A program made the position numbers and the translations under genes. Positions 8,059 to 17,805 of a stretch of 64,000 nt of DNA are shown here, one piece after another. The notes beneath the pieces were generated by a model. The model saw only the letters and a program-made list of their open reading frames with translations. It had not been told where the DNA came from and did not search any database. The stretch is from Fidelibacterota bacterium (GTDB taxonomy: Bacteria > Fidelibacterota > Marinisomatia > Marinisomatales > Marinisomataceae), in assembly GCA_045560295.1 (NCBI GenBank), contig JBJKZL010000004.1, forward strand, positions 132,566 through 196,565. The letters run 5' to 3'. Numbering within the stretch: position 1 is the first letter of the stretch; each line of letters starts with the position of its first letter.

Positions 8059-9282
8059 ATGTCTGTATCTTTATCAGGATTAGTTGATAAAATCAAACCA
8101 TCTTTTACCCTACAGATGACAGCTAGGGCTGCTGCTCTACGAGCCAAAGGTGTAGATGTTATTAATTTTGGTGTTGGTGAACCAGATTTTAATACTCCTG
8201 AGCATATCATCAAAGCGGGCCAAAAAGCAATCGAAGATGGCTACACTAAATACACTCCAGGTTCTGGAATGTTAGAATTAAAAGAAGCAATCCAAACAAA
8301 AGTAAAAAATCATACAGGGACTCTATATGATACGAATCAAATAATTGTATCAAACGGAGGAAAACAATCATTATCAGTAGCCTGCCAAGCACTATTTGAA
8401 GAAGGCGATAAAGTAATTATTTTTTCTCCTTATTGGGTGTCTTTCCCAGAGTTTGTAAGATTGTCAGGAGCAGAACCTCTTTTAGTCAATACATTACCAT
8501 CCGTACAGTTTGAACCAGATTTTGATGATTTAAATAAGAAGATTATGGGAGGATATGATTTCAAAAAAATTGATCCTTCTATTAAGGGAGTGATTATTAA
8601 CTCTCCAAGTAATCCTACGGGGGGTGTGTGGTCAGATCAAGCAATTATAAAGATGTTAGAAATCAGCAAAGCAAATAATTGGATTGTCATTTCAGACGAA
8701 ACATATGAAGAGTTAGTTTACGATAGAGAATTCACCGCAATAGATAGCTTGAATAGTATGGGTGCTGAAGTTTTAACTATTAGGAGTATGTCTAAAACAT
8801 ATGCTATGACCGGTTGGCGTATTGGATATACTATTGCAGATGAAATAATCGTAAAAGCGATGTCAAAAATTCAAGGACAAACAACATCTTGCCCAAATGC
8901 AATTGGTCAAAAAGCTTCCGTAGCAGCTCTTTTGGGAGATCCCCAACCTGTATTAGATATGAAAAGTAAATTCCAAGAAAGACGCCAAGTCATGTTTGAT
9001 GCTCTTAATGCTTTAGAAGGTATAACATGTGATATGCCTGGAGGAGCCTTTTATATGTTTCCTGACTTCTCATCTTACATAAATAGGCAAACAAAAGAGG
9101 GTAAAATTTTACGCGACACTTTCGACCTTTCTGATTATATTCTCGACACTGCAAGTGTAGTAACAGTTGCAGGAGATGGTTTTGGAGCAAAGGGCTATTT
9201 AAGATTATCCTTTGCAACAAGTAGTGAAATCATCAAAACTGGAATTAAAAGAATAGAAGAAAGTTTAAAAGAATTAAAATGA
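8059..9282 (+). CDS. Class I/II pyridoxal-phosphate aminotransferase (aspartate aminotransferase-like)
   Basis: 407 aa with the NSPSNPTG motif and the PLP-lysine motif SMSKTYAMTGWRIGY. Confidence 0.85.
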   Translation: MSVSLSGLVDKIKPSFTLQMTARAAALRAKGVDVINFGVGEPDFNTPEHIIKAGQKAIEDGYTKYTPGSGMLELKEAIQTKVKNHTGTLYDTNQIIVSNGGKQSLSVACQALFEEGDKVIIFSPYWVSFPEFVRLSGAEPLLVNTLPSVQFEPDFDDLNKKIMGGYDFKKIDPSIKGVIINSPSNPTGGVWSDQAIIKMLEISKANNWIVISDETYEELVYDREFTAIDSLNSMGAEVLTIRSMSKTYAMTGWRIGYTIADEIIVKAMSKIQGQTTSCPNAIGQKASVAALLGDPQPVLDMKSKFQERRQVMFDALNALEGITCDMPGGAFYMFPDFSSYINRQTKEGKILRDTFDLSDYILDTASVVTVAGDGFGAKGYLRLSFATSSEIIKTGIKRIEESLKELK

Positions 9283-9533
9283 AAAAAGATACACATTCAA
9301 AAGAATATAGACTCGTTGTCTTCGAGGATAGTTCATGTAACTATTCTTTTTTGACACGATCTACTGTCAAAACAGATAAAACTGTTAAATGGGAAGATGG
9401 AAAAGAATATCCATTATTTAAGCTAGATATCTCTGATAAATCACATCCATACTATACAGGTCAACGTACATTGGTAGATACTGCTGGAAGAATTGAGAAG
9501 TTCAACCGCAAGTACAATAAAAAAGCTTCTTAA
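9279..9533 (+). CDS. rpmE: 50S ribosomal protein L31, type B (no CxxC zinc motif)
   Basis: 84 aa with HPYYTGQ...VDTAGRIEKFNRKY. It lacks the paired CxxC motifs of the zinc-binding type A. The start overlaps the upstream stop in an ATGA. Confidence 0.85.
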   Translation: MKKDTHSKEYRLVVFEDSSCNYSFLTRSTVKTDKTVKWEDGKEYPLFKLDISDKSHPYYTGQRTLVDTAGRIEKFNRKYNKKAS

Positions 9534-9562
9534 GCGTTTTTTTATTTATAAATTTTTAATCT

Positions 9563-10621
9563 ATGGACATCTTATCAAAAGCAAACAGTACTATTGTGGA
9601 ATATGATAATATTATGCAAGAGATGATAGATCCTTCCAATGTACTTAATCAAGAAAAGTTAGCTTCCTTATCGAAGAAAAAAAGTGCCCTTCAAGAAGTA
9701 TATGATTTAAGTATAAAGTTTGTTGCACTTACTAAAGAAAATGAGGAGTTGGATGCTCTAGATGGTGAAGAAGGCTATGCAGACTTGGTGAAAGAAGAAA
9801 AAGAGTCTATTGGAGGCAAGTTATCTAATATTGAAAATGCACTTATCAAAATATTAATTACCGACGATCCCAACGATAATAAAAGTGCTATCATAGAAGT
9901 TAGGGCCGGCACTGGAGGAGATGAGGCTGCCTTATTTGTAGCTGATTTATTTAGAATGTATTCTAGATATGCCGAAAAAAATGGTCTATCCATTAATGTA
10001 ATGGATATTCATGAAACGGGCGTTGGTGGCTTAAAATCTGTAATCTTTAGCGCTGAGGGCCATAAAGCATACGGTATTTATAAATATGAAGGAGGCGTCC
10101 ACCGCGTTCAAAGAATTCCTAAAACAGAGTCTGGTGGAAGAGTACATACATCAGCAGCAACAGTCGCAGTTTTACCAGAAGCAGAAAAAGCAGAATTAGA
10201 TATAAATGAAGCAACTGACATTAAAGTAGATACCTATCGTGCTAGTGGAGCTGGTGGTCAACATGTTAATAAAACAGAATCCGCTATACGTCTTACGCAC
10301 ATTCCTACAGGCCTAGTTGTGACATGTCAAGATCAAGCATCTCAACATAAAAATAAAGCTTCAGCTCTCAAGGTTATGAGAGCAAGGTTGTTTGCCTTAG
10401 AACAAGAAAAGCTAAATAAAGATAGAGATGAAATGCGAAAAAGTTTAGTATCTACAGGTGATCGTTCAGCTAAAATTAGAACATATAACTTTCCACAGGG
10501 CCGTATTACTGATCATAGAATAAATTATACCACTCATAAACTACAGGTCACTCTTGAAGGAGACCTAGATCATGTTATAGAGCAATTAAAACTTGCAGAG
10601 GATAATTCTAAGATTAACTGA
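9563..10621 (+). CDS. prfA: Peptide chain release factor 1
   Basis: 352 aa with the GGQ motif (SGAGGQHVNKTESA) and a PxT-type tripeptide (PKT). A prmC gene follows directly. Confidence 0.95.
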   Translation: MDILSKANSTIVEYDNIMQEMIDPSNVLNQEKLASLSKKKSALQEVYDLSIKFVALTKENEELDALDGEEGYADLVKEEKESIGGKLSNIENALIKILITDDPNDNKSAIIEVRAGTGGDEAALFVADLFRMYSRYAEKNGLSINVMDIHETGVGGLKSVIFSAEGHKAYGIYKYEGGVHRVQRIPKTESGGRVHTSAATVAVLPEAEKAELDINEATDIKVDTYRASGAGGQHVNKTESAIRLTHIPTGLVVTCQDQASQHKNKASALKVMRARLFALEQEKLNKDRDEMRKSLVSTGDRSAKIRTYNFPQGRITDHRINYTTHKLQVTLEGDLDHVIEQLKLAEDNSKIN

Positions 10622-10622
10622 T

Positions 10623-11477
10623 ATGCATCCAAACTATCTCTTGACTGATTTTTTTAATAAACAATTGTTAGCTCTTAAAGAAAAAAAAATTGAAGAGTAT
10701 AAACAAAAGTCAGAAATGATTATTGATGATCTTTTAGGTATATCTAAAGCTGAACTATATACAAATGATCATTTCATATCTAATAAGGAAATATACAGTC
10801 TAGAAGCAGCATTTTCTCTATTACTAGAAGACATGCCAGTTCAGCATATAATTGGAAAAACTTACTTTTACCAAGATTCTTTTTTGACACCGCCAGGTGT
10901 TTTTATTCCAAGGCCAGAAACAGAACTCCTCATTGATTGTATTAGAAATGATTTTAAGAAAATGTCAAAGAAAACAGTACTTGATGTAGGCTGTGGCAGT
11001 GGGTGCATAGGGATTACTATAGCCAGTATTTATAAAAATTTTGAGGTAATGGGTATCGATATTTCAAATAAGGCAATTGACGTCGCTAATCAAAATGCTC
11101 TTCACTTAAAAATAGACAATATAAAGATCATGAAGCAGGATATTTTTAAAATGAAGACTAGAAAATTTGATATTATAGTAAGCAACCCCCCCTACCTTGA
11201 TATCAATGAGATTCCATTATTAGATAGTGTAGTAAAAAATCATGATCCATTAGATGCTTTGACAGATAAAAAAGATGGAATACAATTCTATAAATATTTT
11301 ATTAATAATATTTCACATTTATTAAATGAAGACGGTGCGATGTATTTTGAAATTCCTAAATCTAAAATTACCAATCAAATCATTGATATGATTGATAATA
11401 ATAGCAATATTGAAGGTACATTTTTTAAAGATTTAGAAGGAAATAAAAGAGTAATTAAGGTTTTTTTTAGAAAATAA
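10623..11477 (+). CDS. prmC: Release factor glutamine N5-methyltransferase PrmC
   Basis: SAM-binding motif DVGCGSGCIG and catalytic NPPY. I prefer the ATG at 10623, 1 nt after the prfA stop, over the ORF-track start at 10593, which would overlap prfA. Confidence 0.85.
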   Translation: MHPNYLLTDFFNKQLLALKEKKIEEYKQKSEMIIDDLLGISKAELYTNDHFISNKEIYSLEAAFSLLLEDMPVQHIIGKTYFYQDSFLTPPGVFIPRPETELLIDCIRNDFKKMSKKTVLDVGCGSGCIGITIASIYKNFEVMGIDISNKAIDVANQNALHLKIDNIKIMKQDIFKMKTRKFDIIVSNPPYLDINEIPLLDSVVKNHDPLDALTDKKDGIQFYKYFINNISHLLNEDGAMYFEIPKSKITNQIIDMIDNNSNIEGTFFKDLEGNKRVIKVFFRK

Positions 11478-14400
11478 TGAAAAGCGAATTTATACATCTA
11501 CACAACCATTCAGACCATAGCCTATTAGATGGAGCGCAGAATGTGAACTCTATATTAGAAAGAATGGATGACCTAAGCATGGATTCAGTAGCACTTACCG
11601 AGCATGGAAATTTATTTGGTGCCATTTCATTCTATAAGCAGGCTAAGAAAAATAATATTAAACCTATTATTGGTTGTGAAGTTTATGTTGCAAAAGGCAG
11701 TAGTCTTGTTAGAGATAAATCTGGTGGTATGGGGAATTATAACCACTTAGTACTCATCGCTCAGAATTTAAAAGGCTACAAAAATCTAATGAAAATTGTA
11801 ACTCACGGGTATCTTGAAGGATTTTATTATAAGCCTAGAGTAGATTTAGAAATTTTAAAAAAATATAATGAAGGCATTATATGTATGTCAGCTTGTTTAA
11901 AAGGAAGTTTACCGGAAGCACTGTTATATAGTGGTTATGCTAGAGGACAAGCAGTCGCAGAAGAATATTCAAGCATCTTCCCTGGGAGATACTATATTGA
12001 ATTGCAAAATCATGGCATACCAGAAGAAATACGTAATATAGAGTTAGCTACAAAGCTAGCTAAAGATATGGGACTTCCAACCGTTGCAACAAATGATGCT
12101 CATTATGCCAGAAAAGAACATCATGTTGCACATGATGTCCACATATGTATTGGAACAGGAAAGCAATTAAGTGATTCTAAAAGATTAAAATATCCAGGAC
12201 ATGAATTTTATTTTAAATCGCAAGACGAAATGTTTTCTCTATTTAAAGAATTCCCGCAGGCTTTAGAAAACACAAGAGCAATAACTGATAGTATTGATTT
12301 AGATATTCCCATGGATGAATACCATCTCCCTTGGTATAAAATCCCTGAAGGATCTGATGCAAAAGATGTAGATGGATATTTAGAAAAATTATGTCAAGAA
12401 GGTATGAAGCAAAAATTTAATCAATATACCGAAGAAATGGATACAAGGTTAAAATATGAACTGTCGGTGATTAAAAAAATGGGATTTGCGAGTTACTTCT
12501 TAATTACGGCAGACTTCGTACAATATGCTAAAAAAAATAGAATTCCAGTAGGACCTGGTAGAGGGTCAGCTCCAGGAAGTCTCGTATCTTATTGTTTAGA
12601 TATCACCAATATTGATCCACTAAAACATAACTTAATTTTTGAACGTTTTTTGAATCCTGACAGAATTAGTATGCCAGATATAGATATTGACTTCTGTGTA
12701 GAGCGTAGAGGCCAAGTCATTGATTATATTAAAAGCATATATGGAGATGACTCTGTAACACAAATCATTACTTTTGGTAAAATGAATGCTCGAGGAGTTA
12801 TTAGAGATGTAGGACGCGTTATGAGTTACCCTTATTCTGAAGTAGATGGGATAGCAAAAATGATTCCCGAAGGTCCAAACATTACTTTAGATAAAGCTTT
12901 GAAACAAAGTTCTGAGCTTCGTACTGCTTCACAAACATCCCATAAAGATTTATTAGATAATGCTAAAGTCCTTGAAGGTATGACAAGACATGCATCAATT
13001 CATGCAGCTGGTGTGGTAGTCGCTCCGGGAGATTTAACTGATTTTGTACCATTATATAAATCTTCTCAAGGAGATGTGACTTCACAATACAATATGAAAG
13101 AATTAGAATCTGTTGGTCTTCTGAAAATGGACTTTTTAGGCCTTAGGAATCTTACTGTTATTGATAAAGCATTAGACTTAATTAAAGAAAGATCAAAAAA
13201 AGATATTGATATAAATACTATTCCAATGGATGATGATAAAGTATACAATCTTTTTTCAAAAGGATTAACCGTTGGAATCTTCCAATTTGAGTCTGCTGGA
13301 ATGCGAGATTTCCTTAAAAAACTTAAGCCTACCGGTATAGAGGGTTTAGTAGCCATGAACGCATTATACAGACCAGGCCCAATGCAAAATATTGATAGAT
13401 ATATCAAAAGATCTCACGGAGAAGAAAAAGTCGACTATGTCCATCCCCTACTTGAAGAAGCATTAAAAGAAACCCATGGAATTATTGTATATCAAGAGCA
13501 GGTTATGCAAATTGCTAATATTATAGCAGGATTTACTCTTTCAGAAGCAGATGAAATGAGAAGAGCCATTGGTAAAAAAAATCGCTCCTTAATGGATAAG
13601 ATGGCAGAAAAATTTGTTAACGGTGCAGTGAAGAGTGGTTTATCAAAAGCTAAAGCTAAGCAAATCTTTGATTTAATTGATAAATTTGCTCAATATGGAT
13701 TTAATAAAAGTCACTCAGTAGCCTATTCTTATATTGCTTATCAAACAGGTTGGCTAAAAACACACTATACAGCAGAATTTATGTCTGCTAACTTGACTAG
13801 TGAGATGACAAATACTAATAGAGTCGTAGTGCTAATAAATGAATGTAGAAAACTGAATATTAAGGTGAATGCACCAGACATTAATAAGTCTGATATCAAT
13901 TTTATCCCACTAAATGACAAAGAAATTTCCTTTGGATTAAACGCTATTAAAAATGTAGGTATTAAAGCTTTGGAGCAATGCATTAAAGTTCGAAAAGCTC
14001 AAGGAGATTTTACATCGATATTTGACTTTGTAACAAAAGTCGATCAGCGACTTGTTAATAAGAAGGTATTAGAAAGTCTTATACTAGCAGGTGCATTTGA
14101 TTCTATTTCCTCAAACAGAGCACAGTTATTTGAATCTGTAGATGTTGCCATTAACTATGGTCAGCAAGTAGATAAAGCCTCCAATAAAAATCAGATTGAT
14201 TTGTTCTCAGATGAAGAAGATTTAGTGAAACAACCCGACTTGCCTAACATCGAAGATTGGGGAAACCAAGACAAGCTAAAAAAAGAAAAAGAAGTATTAG
14301 GCCTGTATGTGTCAGGTAATCCATTACTGAAATATGCTGATACTCTAGAAGAATTAAGTAACTATGACTTTACCGAAAAGAAATACTTAAAAGAAAACAG

Positions 14401-14899
14401 CTTAATAAGAATAGGCGGAGCAGTCTCAAGTTTTAAGCTGCATTATGATAAAAAAAATCAACCAATGGCTTTTTTTAATTTAGACTGCCTGGGTGGTCAG
14501 GTAGAATCAATTATTTTCCATGACGCTTTCGAAAAATATAAAGAAATTATAAGTGAAGGTAATATCGTTTTCCTTGTTGGTAATTCTACATCACAAAATG
14601 ATTTTTCTGATTTGAAAATTATTGTAGATGAGGTTGTTCCTATTAATCATGCCAAAAAAGTTTTAAAACTAAAAGAAATTAATATAAAGATAGGAAAAAA
14701 TGTTACAAAAGCTACCATAGATGAAGTTTACAAGCACGCAACTGACAACCTAGGTCAAAGTTTATTTGTAGTGCACATGAACAATGAAGATGGATCTTCC
14801 CGAAGGATTATATCTAAGAAAATTAGAGTATCTAGCAGTAATCATTTTCTTATAATGTTAAGAGATTTATTAGGGGAATCAAACGTCTGGATTAGTTAA
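11477..14899 (+). CDS. dnaE: DNA polymerase III alpha subunit
   Basis: 1140 aa. N-terminal PHP domain (HLHNHSDHSLLDGA) and polymerase core motifs (GPGRGSAPGSLVSYCL, MPDIDIDF). TAATG overlap with prmC. Confidence 0.95.
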   Translation: MKSEFIHLHNHSDHSLLDGAQNVNSILERMDDLSMDSVALTEHGNLFGAISFYKQAKKNNIKPIIGCEVYVAKGSSLVRDKSGGMGNYNHLVLIAQNLKGYKNLMKIVTHGYLEGFYYKPRVDLEILKKYNEGIICMSACLKGSLPEALLYSGYARGQAVAEEYSSIFPGRYYIELQNHGIPEEIRNIELATKLAKDMGLPTVATNDAHYARKEHHVAHDVHICIGTGKQLSDSKRLKYPGHEFYFKSQDEMFSLFKEFPQALENTRAITDSIDLDIPMDEYHLPWYKIPEGSDAKDVDGYLEKLCQEGMKQKFNQYTEEMDTRLKYELSVIKKMGFASYFLITADFVQYAKKNRIPVGPGRGSAPGSLVSYCLDITNIDPLKHNLIFERFLNPDRISMPDIDIDFCVERRGQVIDYIKSIYGDDSVTQIITFGKMNARGVIRDVGRVMSYPYSEVDGIAKMIPEGPNITLDKALKQSSELRTASQTSHKDLLDNAKVLEGMTRHASIHAAGVVVAPGDLTDFVPLYKSSQGDVTSQYNMKELESVGLLKMDFLGLRNLTVIDKALDLIKERSKKDIDINTIPMDDDKVYNLFSKGLTVGIFQFESAGMRDFLKKLKPTGIEGLVAMNALYRPGPMQNIDRYIKRSHGEEKVDYVHPLLEEALKETHGIIVYQEQVMQIANIIAGFTLSEADEMRRAIGKKNRSLMDKMAEKFVNGAVKSGLSKAKAKQIFDLIDKFAQYGFNKSHSVAYSYIAYQTGWLKTHYTAEFMSANLTSEMTNTNRVVVLINECRKLNIKVNAPDINKSDINFIPLNDKEISFGLNAIKNVGIKALEQCIKVRKAQGDFTSIFDFVTKVDQRLVNKKVLESLILAGAFDSISSNRAQLFESVDVAINYGQQVDKASNKNQIDLFSDEEDLVKQPDLPNIEDWGNQDKLKKEKEVLGLYVSGNPLLKYADTLEELSNYDFTEKKYLKENSLIRIGGAVSSFKLHYDKKNQPMAFFNLDCLGGQVESIIFHDAFEKYKEIISEGNIVFLVGNSTSQNDFSDLKIIVDEVVPINHAKKVLKLKEINIKIGKNVTKATIDEVYKHATDNLGQSLFVVHMNNEDGSSRRIISKKIRVSSSNHFLIMLRDLLGESNVWIS

Positions 14900-14911
14900 A
14901 TTATATCTATT

Positions 14912-15322
14912 ATGAGCTTAAATCCACCAATTAGAATCTTAATGGCAAAGCCAGGTCTTGATGGCCATGATAGAGGAATTAAAGTGTTAGCAGCTGCTTA
15001 TCGTGATGCTGGCATGGATGTTATTTATCTAGGACTTCGCCAAACACCTGAAAGTATTGTTAGAGTTGCGATCCAAGAAGGCGCGGATGTCATAGCACTA
15101 TCTATTTTATCGGGTGCCCACATGACAATTTTTACTAAGGTTATGTCTTTAATAAAAGATTCTAAGTTAAAGAATGTTCTAGTAACAGGTGGAGGGATTA
15201 TTCCAAAAGAAGATAGTGATGCACTAGCTAAAATTGGTGTTGGAGAACTATTCGGTCCAGGTACTCCCGTTCAAATATCCTTAGATTATATTGAAAAATG
15301 GGTTAAAGAAAATCGAAGATGA
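14912..15322 (+). CDS. Methylmalonyl-CoA mutase-type cobalamin-binding small subunit (C-terminal domain only)
   Basis: 136 aa with the B12-binding DxHxxG motif in its MCM form (KPGLDGHDRGIKVLAAAYRDAGMDV) and SILSGAH. No catalytic large subunit is present in this window. Confidence 0.8.
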   Translation: MSLNPPIRILMAKPGLDGHDRGIKVLAAAYRDAGMDVIYLGLRQTPESIVRVAIQEGADVIALSILSGAHMTIFTKVMSLIKDSKLKNVLVTGGGIIPKEDSDALAKIGVGELFGPGTPVQISLDYIEKWVKENRR

Positions 15323-15729
15323 TTTCAAATATTCACAACATCTATCTTAGGGGAGAAAGAGCATATAAGAATAATAAATTTGGAGAGGCGAAAAAACACC
15401 TCATGTCCGTTGTTGAGCATGATACTAATCACTATGCTTCTTATCTTTTATTATTTGAAATTCTAAACAACTCACAATCTTCTCAATTACAACAAGTAGT
15501 AAAAGAACTAAAAAGGATTAACCCAGCAATTGTTCTTGAATATAAGCCAGTTCCTAAGCCTAAAAAAATTAGCAAAGAGGTAAATCTAGTTACCATATCA
15601 TATATTAAATTAATGCTACTACAAGGAAAAATTATTAAGGCAAAAAGAAGTTTAAATACAATTATTAATCATGGTAAAACCAAAAAACAAATTTTAGAAG
15701 CTAAAAAAATATTAAAAGATCTTAATTAA
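15319..15729 (+). CDS. Hypothetical Lys-rich protein (136 aa), possibly a single TPR-like helical repeat
   Basis: The ORF is coupled to the preceding gene by an ATGA overlap. I do not recognise a family. Confidence 0.45.
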   Translation: MISNIHNIYLRGERAYKNNKFGEAKKHLMSVVEHDTNHYASYLLLFEILNNSQSSQLQQVVKELKRINPAIVLEYKPVPKPKKISKEVNLVTISYIKLMLLQGKIIKAKRSLNTIINHGKTKKQILEAKKILKDLN

Positions 15730-15743
15730 AAAGAGGACCAAAA

Positions 15744-16832
15744 ATGAGTGCAGAATACTTTATAAGAAGACAAGAGAAGTTACGAACAGTTTTAGCAGAA
15801 AAAAATGTAGATGGAATGTTAATCACTAATATGATACATATTAAATATCTATGTGGCTTCGGTGGATCAAGTGGTTCTTTATTAATGGCCCCAGACACCT
15901 GCGAGTTTATAACAGATGGTAGGTATGTTGTCCAATCTAAAAATGAAGTAAGGGGTGCAAATATTACAATCGATAGTATCCCTCACTTACAAGTAATAAA
16001 AAATAAAAATTTTTTATCAAATGGCCTTAAGATAGGATTTGACGGTAAGAATGTTTCTCATCAAATGTTCTCTGATATCAGTAACATTTTACCTCATGTA
16101 AAATGGGAAAATATAGTTGGATCTGTAGAAACCTTAGCGATGGAAAAAGATGATAAAGAAATTGAAGCGCTTAAAACTGCAGTAGAAATTACTGATAAGG
16201 CATTTGCAGAAGTACTGCCTATGATTAAAATTGGGGTAGAAGAGCAGGAAATTGCTAATCAGTTATCATTCCTTTACCGTAAGTATGGTGATGCAGATGC
16301 AGATGCATTCTCACCAATTGTTGGTAGTGGCCCTCATTCTGCTATGCCGCATCAAAGACCAACTGATAAGAAAATCGGTCCTGGCGAACTGGTTGTTATC
16401 GATTCTGGAGCAAAATACGCAGGATATCATGCTGATATGACTCGTACGGTAGCTACTAAAGGATATTCAGAGCAACAAAAAGAAATTTATCATATCGTTT
16501 TAGAAGCTCAAATCAAGAGTATTGAAGGCATTAAAGCTGAAGTCTCGTGTAAAGCAATTGATACTATTGCAAGAAAACATATTACCGATGCTGGATATGG
16601 CAAATACTTTGATCACGGATTAGGTCACTCATTAGGTCTTGAAATTCATGAAGATCCAAGATTTAGTAAGGTTAGTACAGACTATTTAAAGTCAAACTAT
16701 GTAATGACAGTAGAGCCTGGTATCTATATTGAAGATATTGGCGGTGTTCGTATTGAAGATGATATCGTTGTTACAGATGACGGTTGTATTGTACTAAACA
16801 AAACATCTAAAGATTTCATAGTAATTTCATAA
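15744..16832 (+). CDS. M24 family Xaa-Pro aminopeptidase
   Basis: 362 aa with metal-ligand motifs of the pita-bread fold (VIDSGAKYAGYHADMTRT, HGLGHSLGLEIHE, VEPGIY...GGVRIEDD). SD agagga lies upstream. Confidence 0.85.
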   Translation: MSAEYFIRRQEKLRTVLAEKNVDGMLITNMIHIKYLCGFGGSSGSLLMAPDTCEFITDGRYVVQSKNEVRGANITIDSIPHLQVIKNKNFLSNGLKIGFDGKNVSHQMFSDISNILPHVKWENIVGSVETLAMEKDDKEIEALKTAVEITDKAFAEVLPMIKIGVEEQEIANQLSFLYRKYGDADADAFSPIVGSGPHSAMPHQRPTDKKIGPGELVVIDSGAKYAGYHADMTRTVATKGYSEQQKEIYHIVLEAQIKSIEGIKAEVSCKAIDTIARKHITDAGYGKYFDHGLGHSLGLEIHEDPRFSKVSTDYLKSNYVMTVEPGIYIEDIGGVRIEDDIVVTDDGCIVLNKTSKDFIVIS

Positions 16833-16836
16833 AAAG

Positions 16837-17805
16837 ATGAAAAAAGCATTATTAATAATAGCATGCATGCTAATGACGGCATGCGTTGAAAACTTAATAC
16901 ATATATCTGTACTCCCTGATGGAAAGTTTTCTATTAAATATAACTCAATTGGCGACAAAATTGATTTAGAAAACAAAGACTTTGTCCACCCTAAAAACAC
17001 AGAATCAATAAAGTGGGCAACTACTATGACCTCCTTAGATGGTAAAGACAGGCTTTCTAAAAATCTCAACTGGGAAAAAGAAACTATTTCTACTGAGCCC
17101 ATAAATCAAAAATTAAGTTTTGATGACAGCCAAAGCTTAATCTACAATATAGATATAGACAAAAAAGAATATTTCTTTTGGGATACTTATAGTTTTAAAT
17201 CAAATGTAAATAGCTTAGCTATTAATAAAAAATATCCCTCTGTCATTGAATATTTAGATATAGAAGCTGACTCATTATCATGGATAGTACCGGCTAAAAA
17301 ACATATTATTACAAAGAGCCTTGAAGACTATGATAAAAAAGCTCAAGTGAATAGCATCTTCAAAGAAAGAATTAATAATCAGATAAATTCATATTTTAGT
17401 TATGCCAAAGAAAGAGATTTGATAGATAAGTTTGATATAAATTCATCAATTATCTTGAAAGATGCTTTAAAGCCTATATCAAAAAATCTTCCAAGAAATT
17501 TTTTTAAAGATATGGAAATCTTTGTTGATAAATATGAAAGCGAATTTTTAAAAAATACAGCATTAATGAATGATTATTTTCAATTTAATATCAATTTGCC
17601 AGGAATAGTTCGCAGTAACAACGCGCAGTCTATTTCAGATGGACTGTTAGTGTGGTCTTTTGATTTTGATAGTATTGCAAGAGACGAATTCAAAATGTAT
17701 GCTAATTCAATTAGAATCAATAAATTTAGGATTCAATTATTATTAGGACTGATTATAGTCGGATTTTTAGGAATATTATGGAACAAAAAAATAAACAAAA
17801 AATAA
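16837..17805 (+). CDS. Hypothetical lipoprotein with an additional C-terminal transmembrane anchor
   Basis: Lipobox LMTAC at the N-terminus and a C-terminal LLLGLIIVGFLGILW helix followed by a KKINKK tail. No recognisable family. Confidence 0.55.
   Translation: MKKALLIIACMLMTACVENLIHISVLPDGKFSIKYNSIGDKIDLENKDFVHPKNTESIKWATTMTSLDGKDRLSKNLNWEKETISTEPINQKLSFDDSQSLIYNIDIDKKEYFFWDTYSFKSNVNSLAINKKYPSVIEYLDIEADSLSWIVPAKKHIITKSLEDYDKKAQVNSIFKERINNQINSYFSYAKERDLIDKFDINSSIILKDALKPISKNLPRNFFKDMEIFVDKYESEFLKNTALMNDYFQFNINLPGIVRSNNAQSISDGLLVWSFDFDSIARDEFKMYANSIRINKFRIQLLLGLIIVGFLGILWNKKINKK

Noticed and set aside
10080-10140. The RF1 tripeptide reads P-K-T rather than the textbook P-A-T.
   Set aside because: The recognised motif is PxT, so variation at the middle residue is within the family norm. 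The GGQ motif and the prmC neighbour confirm an ordinary prfA.
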